31,317 nt of DNA from Candidatus Hermodarchaeota archaeon (lineage in GTDB: Archaea; Asgardarchaeota; Lokiarchaeia; Sigyniarchaeales; SOKP01): the NCBI GenBank assembly GCA_048885925.1, contig JBHLLG010000032.1, positions 1 through 31,317 on the forward strand, in the 5' to 3' direction. The notes under the pieces are model-generated. The model was not told the origin of the DNA and did not search any database. It saw only the letters and a list, made by a program, of their open reading frames with translations. Positions 26,178 to 31,317 of the stretch are shown one piece after another (the first letter of the stretch is position 1; every line of letters starts with the position of its first letter). Made by a program: the position numbers and the translations under genes.

Positions 26178-26948
26178 TTATTGATCACCTTTATTATCTT
26201 TCTGAGTTTCTTCATGTAATTTTAAATATTTACTTTTTAAAGTCTGCAATTGAATTTGGTAAATTTCTTTCAATGCATCTTTTGCAATATCCAAAAATTC
26301 ATTCATTTCATCTAAATTCATATCTCCATCAAATTGTAATAGTGATATTTCCTCGTTATACCACGTGATTGCGATAGGGAAATCTGCGTCTCCTGCTTTA
26401 TCTTCAATTCCAGAGAGATCAATCACTTTCTTTCCATCAATTTTTCCTACAGCAATTGCTGAAACTAAACTTCTCATAGGAATCCCCGCATCTGCTAAAG
26501 CTAATGCTGCTACAGTAGTACTTGCACATCTTGTCCCTCCATCTGCATCCATAACATCAATAAAAACTTCAAAACTCGTACCGGGATAAAGTTCAAGAAA
26601 AAGAACAGGTTCTAAACAATCTGCTACAATCATAGAAATTTCTTTTTCACGACGCCCAGGAGCGGGTCTTTTTCTGTCAAAAACAGAAAATGTGGCCATT
26701 CTGTAAAAAACTCTTAAAATTCCCTTATCTGATTTTGCTAAATGGTGAGGATGAACCTCTCTTGGACCGTATACAGCAGCAAAAATTTTGTTATTTCCCC
26801 ATTCAAGATACGCAGATCCATCTGCATTTTTTATGACACCAACTTCCATTTTAATAGGTCTTAACTCTTTTGTGTCTCGACCATCGAGTCTTTTTCCATC
26901 TTTACGAAATAAAATTTCAGGGTATTCATCTTTAATTATTAACGGCAT
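26178..26948 (-). CDS. rrp41: exosome complex phosphorolytic exonuclease Rrp41
   Basis: RLDGR..ELRP, ADGSAYLEWG, VYGPREVHP, RREKEIS, ADGGTR, ALADAGIPM, ED....D.P. Confidence 0.96.
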   Translation of the reverse strand: MPLIIKDEYPEILFRKDGKRLDGRDTKELRPIKMEVGVIKNADGSAYLEWGNNKIFAAVYGPREVHPHHLAKSDKGILRVFYRMATFSVFDRKRPAPGRREKEISMIVADCLEPVLFLELYPGTSFEVFIDVMDADGGTRCASTTVAALALADAGIPMRSLVSAIAVGKIDGKKVIDLSGIEDKAGDADFPIAITWYNEEISLLQFDGDMNLDEMNEFLDIAKDALKEIYQIQLQTLKSKYLKLHEETQKDNKGDQ

Positions 26949-27734
26949 TTATTTAATACCTCTTTTCTTTTTTTCATTTATTATATATTCTTGCATTCTA
27001 TCTGTTAAACCAACAGTATGCGCTTCGGAAGCAATTTTATAAATAGATTCAATAAGTAACCTTTCATGAGCAATATCTTCACCTTTAAGCCAGATTCGTC
27101 CATTCTGCGTAACAAAAATATTACATTTTGTTAAATTTTTTAACATTTTTATCATTGAACCCTTCCTACCAATTACTCTTGGAATCTTGGGTGGATCTAT
27201 CGTAATTACAATACCACCAATTTTTTTACCTAAGTATTTCCCAACAGTAGTTAATTCTGGTTTATTTAAGCGATCTGCTGAGAGAATTTTTACAATTAAA
27301 ATATCCCCTATATCAAATTTTTCGGTACCCGCTTCTTCTCTATCACCACCGCCTCCTCTGAATCCTCTTAGCTTTGTTTTTTTAATTGTGTTCTTAGGTT
27401 TAAGTTGCCCATAGTCTTTAGCATTTATATCACATTTATATTTTACTGGATTTTTATCAACTACTAAAGCTATAACTTTATCTCCAGGGCGAGGAGTGTA
27501 AAAGCCTCTTAAAGGAATTACATTCACATAATTCTTTTTAATTTGTTTTAAGCCAATATTCAAAGAAATTATTTTATTTCTCTCTTTATTTAAGATTGTA
27601 CCTCTTCCAGGTAAAAAGTTTTTTACATCTTCAGTTAAAACTTCTCCGGGAACAACAACTTCTCTAGATGTATCCTCATCTTCATCTTCGAAATCATCGA
27701 ATTCCTCATCTATAGATTCCTCATCTTCTTCCAT
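26949..27734 (-). CDS. rrp4: exosome complex RNA-binding subunit Rrp4 (S1 + KH)
   Basis: VVPGE, YTPRPGDKVI, KH motif KIPRVIGRKGSMI, NGRIW, EAHTVGLTDR. ATG at 27734 follows a GGTGA SD; the track GTG at 27746 is part of that SD. Confidence 0.95.
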   Translation of the reverse strand: MEEDEESIDEEFDDFEDEDEDTSREVVVPGEVLTEDVKNFLPGRGTILNKERNKIISLNIGLKQIKKNYVNVIPLRGFYTPRPGDKVIALVVDKNPVKYKCDINAKDYGQLKPKNTIKKTKLRGFRGGGGDREEAGTEKFDIGDILIVKILSADRLNKPELTTVGKYLGKKIGGIVITIDPPKIPRVIGRKGSMIKMLKNLTKCNIFVTQNGRIWLKGEDIAHERLLIESIYKIASEAHTVGLTDRMQEYIINEKKKRGIK

Positions 27735-27823
27735 AATGTTACTCACCTTTAGTTTAATTAATACTTATTTTACTAACCTATACAAAAAATAATACAAATA
27801 GAGGATAATTAAAGATTTTTAGG

Positions 27824-28615
27824 TTATGATTTTAAAATTTTTGTTTGAACTCTTCCGTGGGTCAACTTATTTAATTTATCAAGTAATTCCATCTGTAATC
27901 CTGCAGGCAAATTTACAACTGCCACCCAGGAACCATCAGATTGCCACTCTTCTTTCTTAATTTGAGCATATTGAGCAACAATATTATAACCCTTAGCTGT
28001 AAAAGCTGTAGGGATTTTGATAGCCATTTCTACTTGCTCTATTCTAATAGGAATAATTGCTTGAATGCTTTTAACAATATCATCAACTTGTTCTTCGGCA
28101 TTTCTCATTAAGTCTATTTTAACCTTGGCTTCTTCAATTGCCTTTTCTATTCTTTGATAAGGATGAGGTTTTTTGTTTTGTGGATTTATAGCATTTTTGC
28201 TTATGATAGTTATTATTTGTTTTAATTTCTTCTCTCTTTCTTCTTCTCTTTGGGTTTTTGTCCATTGTACTTCTCCTTCTAAAAGAATATGAGCAGCAAT
28301 GATTGAGCCTTCTACAGTATTAAATACTGCTTCCATATCTCCATCTGTTGCTTTTTTACCTCTTCTTAAATCTTCAAATACTGTAAAACTCTCAAAAATG
28401 AGTTCTAAATCAACTTTTCGATCATTCATTAACTCTTCCACAGTCAATCGAGATTTTTCTTTACCTTCTTTTAATCGTTTATTAATTTCTTCTCGAATAA
28501 GTTTTTTAGCTTCCCATGCTTTTTCAGGATCCATTAACATTTCAAAGACCCTTCCTGCTTTTTCAATACGCCCAATGATGAAACCGCCCAAATCAATTCT
28601 TGCCCTATCAATCAT
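27824..28615 (-). CDS. sdo1: ribosome maturation factor SBDS/Sdo1
   Basis: FEMLMDP, AINPQNKKPHPYQRIEKAIEEAKVKID, IPIRIE, EEWQSDGSW; superoperon position. Confidence 0.95.
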   Translation of the reverse strand: MIDRARIDLGGFIIGRIEKAGRVFEMLMDPEKAWEAKKLIREEINKRLKEGKEKSRLTVEELMNDRKVDLELIFESFTVFEDLRRGKKATDGDMEAVFNTVEGSIIAAHILLEGEVQWTKTQREEEREKKLKQIITIISKNAINPQNKKPHPYQRIEKAIEEAKVKIDLMRNAEEQVDDIVKSIQAIIPIRIEQVEMAIKIPTAFTAKGYNIVAQYAQIKKEEWQSDGSWVAVVNLPAGLQMELLDKLNKLTHGRVQTKILKS

Positions 28616-28743
28616 ACTAGAATTTCACAAAATAACTGATTGAATTATCTCGATTTTTGTACTTTTCAAACCTTTTGTCTTTCTGTTAAACGATAAATAT
28701 AAAGGGATTTACCTTGATCTTATATATATGCTATTTAAGGAAG

Positions 28744-29460
28744 CTATAACATATTTAATAATTCTTCCTTTTCCTCCAAACTTAATAGCTTAAAAGTTTT
28801 ATCCTCCTTTAATATAAAAGCTATATCACATGTATTTTTACTTAGATTATCACCCATCAATTCTTTTAATGTTCTTAAGGGTAATAATTTTAATTCTTCA
28901 TCATTCATATCTTCTTTATAATGTTCCTCAAGGTAAGCTCTTGCTTCCGTGGCTCCAGAGCCAATAGCAAAAGCTTTATAACCCCAACTAGCGCCCGAAG
29001 GGTCCGTTAAATAAAGACTGGGGCCATTTGGGTCAATTCCAGCAATCAGAAACGACACTCCGAAAGGTCTTACTCCAGCATTCTGTGTAAAAACTTGTTT
29101 ATATTCGCAAATATTTAGCGTACTGTCCTTTACAGAGATTTTTTCATCATAATTTAAAATATTTATTTGAGCTTGAACCCGGGCTCTGTCAATTAAGACG
29201 CGAGCATCAGCCGTAAGTCCTGCAATGGCCACCCCAATATGATCATCAATTTTAAAAATTTTTTCTGAACCAGTACCTTGTTCTTGAAGTTCAGAGCTTT
29301 TCTTTTCAACCGCAAACACTACAGAATTCTTATTCCTACACACAATTGCAGTTGTACCTCGTCGGACGGCTTCAATTGCATATTCAACCTGAAAAAGTCG
29401 ACCTTCAGGTGAAAATTGGGTAATTGCCATATCATAACCTCTTCCTGCTTGCTGAAACAT
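28744..29460 (-). CDS. psmA: 20S proteasome alpha subunit
   Basis: GYD..ITQFSPEGRLFQVEYA, GLTADAR, RPFGVS, TDPSG, AIGSG. Confidence 0.97.
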   Translation of the reverse strand: MFQQAGRGYDMAITQFSPEGRLFQVEYAIEAVRRGTTAIVCRNKNSVVFAVEKKSSELQEQGTGSEKIFKIDDHIGVAIAGLTADARVLIDRARVQAQINILNYDEKISVKDSTLNICEYKQVFTQNAGVRPFGVSFLIAGIDPNGPSLYLTDPSGASWGYKAFAIGSGATEARAYLEEHYKEDMNDEELKLLPLRTLKELMGDNLSKNTCDIAFILKEDKTFKLLSLEEKEELLNML

Positions 29461-29641
29461 TCAGATCCACCTTAAAACTTTTTATTATTTATCTATTTAT
29501 ATTATTTTTTTATTTTTTTTTTACTTTAGTTAAAAAGTATTAATAAATAATCTAATAAATATTTTTTTTATATATTTTAAAAAAAGGATAAGAAAAAAGA
29601 ATAGAAAGGGTTAATTTTAATTTATTCTGTATTTCAGCATT

Positions 29642-30013
29642 TTAAGACCATGCAACTTTATTTATAAAAATAGACCACTCTAATAATATCATACTTTCAT
29701 CTCTAGTATGAGCTACTAGATAATCTCCTTCTCTTGTGATTGAACCAATAATATTACCTTTTCCAGCACCAATATTTTTTGCCGCTAATTGTATTTCATC
29801 ATTTTTTAGTATTGCAAATCTAGAATTCTGAAATGTGATAGCAGGTTCTTTTGTTTTCCAAGCATTCAATAGTGCCTTAGCTTCGTCGGCGGTTAAAGAA
29901 AAATCACCGGATTTAAAAAGGATATTTCCTTTACTATCTAAGAGAAAAATCTCTTCTACTCCTTCAAATTCGTTAAGTTGGTTAACAAATTGATTAAATC
30001 TTTGTTCTTCCAT
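29642..30013 (-). CDS. profilin-like protein (Asgard type)
   Basis: About 123 aa; helix, IFLLDSKGNILF, helix, AITFQNSRFAILK, GKGNIIGS, YLVA, C-terminal helix. This layout resembles Asgard profilins. ATG at 30013 (track TTG at 30022). Confidence 0.68.
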   Translation of the reverse strand: MEEQRFNQFVNQLNEFEGVEEIFLLDSKGNILFKSGDFSLTADEAKALLNAWKTKEPAITFQNSRFAILKNDEIQLAAKNIGAGKGNIIGSITREGDYLVAHTRDESMILLEWSIFINKVAWS

Positions 30014-30189
30014 AATTCTCAATCTTATGCAAAAATCTAATTTTTGTTTTATTGAAAGATAAAAATTTTGAAATATAAATCTATTTAGAACGATGGATTC
30101 TAACTGTTAAAAGTTAGGAAATTTATTTTATGATTAAGACATAATAATACTTATATGCGTTATTGATACTACCACTTAAGTGTTTTTGT

Positions 30190-30981
30190 ATGGTACAAAA
30201 GTTAGTTTTATTTGATAAAATCTACAATATATCAAATCAAGGAAATAAAGAAGATATATATCTCAGATATTTAAAATATTTGAAAGAGCATGTCAAAGAC
30301 TTTCCAAACACTACTATTAAGATTAAAAAGTTAAGAAAATTTGACAAAAGATTTGAAATAATTATTAATGGGCCTGAAGAAATATTTGTTTTTAATCTCC
30401 TAAAGAATGAGATTGGGACAGTCATTGATTTCAAGGATGTTAAAGTTAACAAAGAATACAGAGGCTCTCTTGTTGATGTAGGAAAAGTTGGTTTCGGATT
30501 GTATATTGATTGTGCGATATTAAATCCAAGAGCTGATGTCCTTGTAAATTTACATAGCTTACGTAAGGATTTATGCAATAATAACGAAAGATCTTTAAAG
30601 GAAATAATTGATGCTTATGATTTAATCGATAATTTTCCTATGTATGTTAAAGTTACTAAGATCGATCTAGAAAATAATAAACTTCAAGGTGAGTTAACAC
30701 CAAGAACTTTAAATTTCTTTAAAAAAATCTTAGATGAAAATATTGAAGGTTTGTTCTTAAGTGGAGAGACTAAGGGCCAATTTAAAAAAGTAATAACTAA
30801 AAAAGGACATTTTCGAGACATTATTACTATAAAAAGATATGGATTTTTAGAGAATCTGGCTTTATTAAAAGAAGGAACAGACGCCCCCGGAATTATTTCA
30901 GCGATTGGTAGTGAATTAAGAAATTGTAAATTAAGTGCAATTAGACCCGAAAAAATAAACCAATTATTTAGCCAAAATTAA
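30190..30981 (+). CDS. DUF2110-like conserved archaeal protein (OB-fold-containing)
   Basis: YRGSLVDVGKVGFGLYID, GHFRDII.IKR.GFLE, KEGTDAPGIISAIG. ATG at 30190. Confidence 0.75.
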   Translation: MVQKLVLFDKIYNISNQGNKEDIYLRYLKYLKEHVKDFPNTTIKIKKLRKFDKRFEIIINGPEEIFVFNLLKNEIGTVIDFKDVKVNKEYRGSLVDVGKVGFGLYIDCAILNPRADVLVNLHSLRKDLCNNNERSLKEIIDAYDLIDNFPMYVKVTKIDLENNKLQGELTPRTLNFFKKILDENIEGLFLSGETKGQFKKVITKKGHFRDIITIKRYGFLENLALLKEGTDAPGIISAIGSELRNCKLSAIRPEKINQLFSQN

Positions 30982-30985
30982 TAAG

Positions 30986-31061
30986 TGGTGGGCCAGGAGA
31001 GGATTGAACTCCCGACCTTCGCGGTGTAAGCGCGACGTCATAACCACTAGACCACTGGCCC
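30986..31061 (-). tRNA. tRNA-Val (anticodon TAC), CCA encoded, no intron
   Basis: Reverse complement GGGCCAG TG GTCT AGTGGTTAT GAC G TCGCG CTTACAC CGCGA AGGTC GGGAG TTCAATC CTCTC CTGGCCC A CCA folds to a cloverleaf. Confidence 0.95.
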
Positions 31062-31068
31062 ACTTATA

Positions 31069-31151
31069 CGCCCAGGGTGGGATTTGAACCCACGGATCCA
31101 TCGGACACCGGTTTAGCAGACCGGCGCTCTACCAGGCTAAGCGACCTGAGC
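31069..31151 (-). tRNA. tRNA-Ser (anticodon GCT), long variable arm, CCA not encoded, no intron
   Basis: Reverse complement GCTCAGG TC GCTT AGCCTGGTA GAGC G CCGGT CTGCTAA ACCGG TGTCCGATGGATCC GTGGG TTCAAAT CCCAC CCTGGGC G; G73 discriminator. Confidence 0.95.
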
Positions 31152-31176
31152 TTTTTTACGCGACTTTTATATGTTA

Positions 31177-31185
31177 CTTATAAAA
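31177..31185 (-). promoter_or_regulatory. putative TATA box of the tRNA-Ser/tRNA-Val dicistron
   Basis: Minus strand TTTTATAAG about 26-34 nt upstream of the tRNA-Ser 5' end. Confidence 0.4.
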
Positions 31186-31317
31186 CTTACAATTTCAATA
31201 TAAAGATTTAAAATTTTAATATTTTATTATAGGAGTTAAAAAAATAAAGGAAAAAGAAAAGCTTCAGATTCAAATTTAATATTATTCAGAGATTATCTCA
31301 AAAACCATCTTCTCAAT

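Noticed and set aside
29461-29641. Poly-T/poly-A rich intergenic tract as a repeat or ncRNA
   Set aside because: Low-complexity AT-rich sequence typical of promoter/terminator regions in this genome, with no stable structure or periodic unit.
17242-30578. Antisense ORFs at 17242-17556, 26365-26589, 26788-27042, 27187-27414, 28299-28643 and 30237-30578
   Set aside because: Shadow frames of ecfT, rrp41, rrp4, SBDS and the DUF2110-like gene.
31069-31151. Long-variable-arm tRNA as possible tRNA-Sec
   Set aside because: The anticodon is GCT, not TCA, with a standard 7-bp acceptor and 5-bp T stem, so it is an ordinary tRNA-Ser.
31282-31317. Possible 3' end of a minus-strand CDS (...IEKMVFEIISE*)
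   Set aside because: Only 12 codons are visible at the window edge, too few to support a call.
1-31317. CRISPR array, IS element or provirus
   Set aside because: I saw no regularly spaced direct repeats, transposase or integrase motifs, or viral hallmark genes.

Overview
AT-rich archaeal chromosomal segment, most likely from an Asgard archaeon (Lokiarchaeia-like). This is inferred from an archaeal informational gene set together with a profilin-like gene and ZPR1. The left third is accessory or metabolic: a partial hypothetical gene, a divergent Pol-beta-type nucleotidyltransferase-like gene with a 4-Cys glutaredoxin, an MFS transporter, an acyl-CoA dehydrogenase, a membrane-anchored multi-wHTH regulator, two membrane proteins, a secreted C45/Ntn hydrolase, and an 86-aa ORF missed by the ORF track that has no canonical start codon. 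The middle holds a PPi-type phosphofructokinase, ZPR1, a four-subunit pyruvate/2-oxoacid:ferredoxin oxidoreductase operon, a short TsaC/Sua5, a THUMP protein, Cgi121 and an ECF AAT module. The right part is the conserved archaeal proteasome-exosome superoperon (psmA, SBDS, rrp4, rrp41, rrp42 ... rpl37ae, pcc1, pfdB, DHH). It is interrupted by an opposite-strand two-gene module, an RPH/PigC-like dikinase-type phosphotransferase plus a lipocalin/tocopherol-cyclase-like protein, and is preceded by a profilin-like gene. The window ends with a DUF2110-like gene and a tRNA-Ser(GCT)/tRNA-Val(TAC) pair. I saw no CRISPR array, transposase or integrase. All family calls come from motif recognition by eye, not from database searches.
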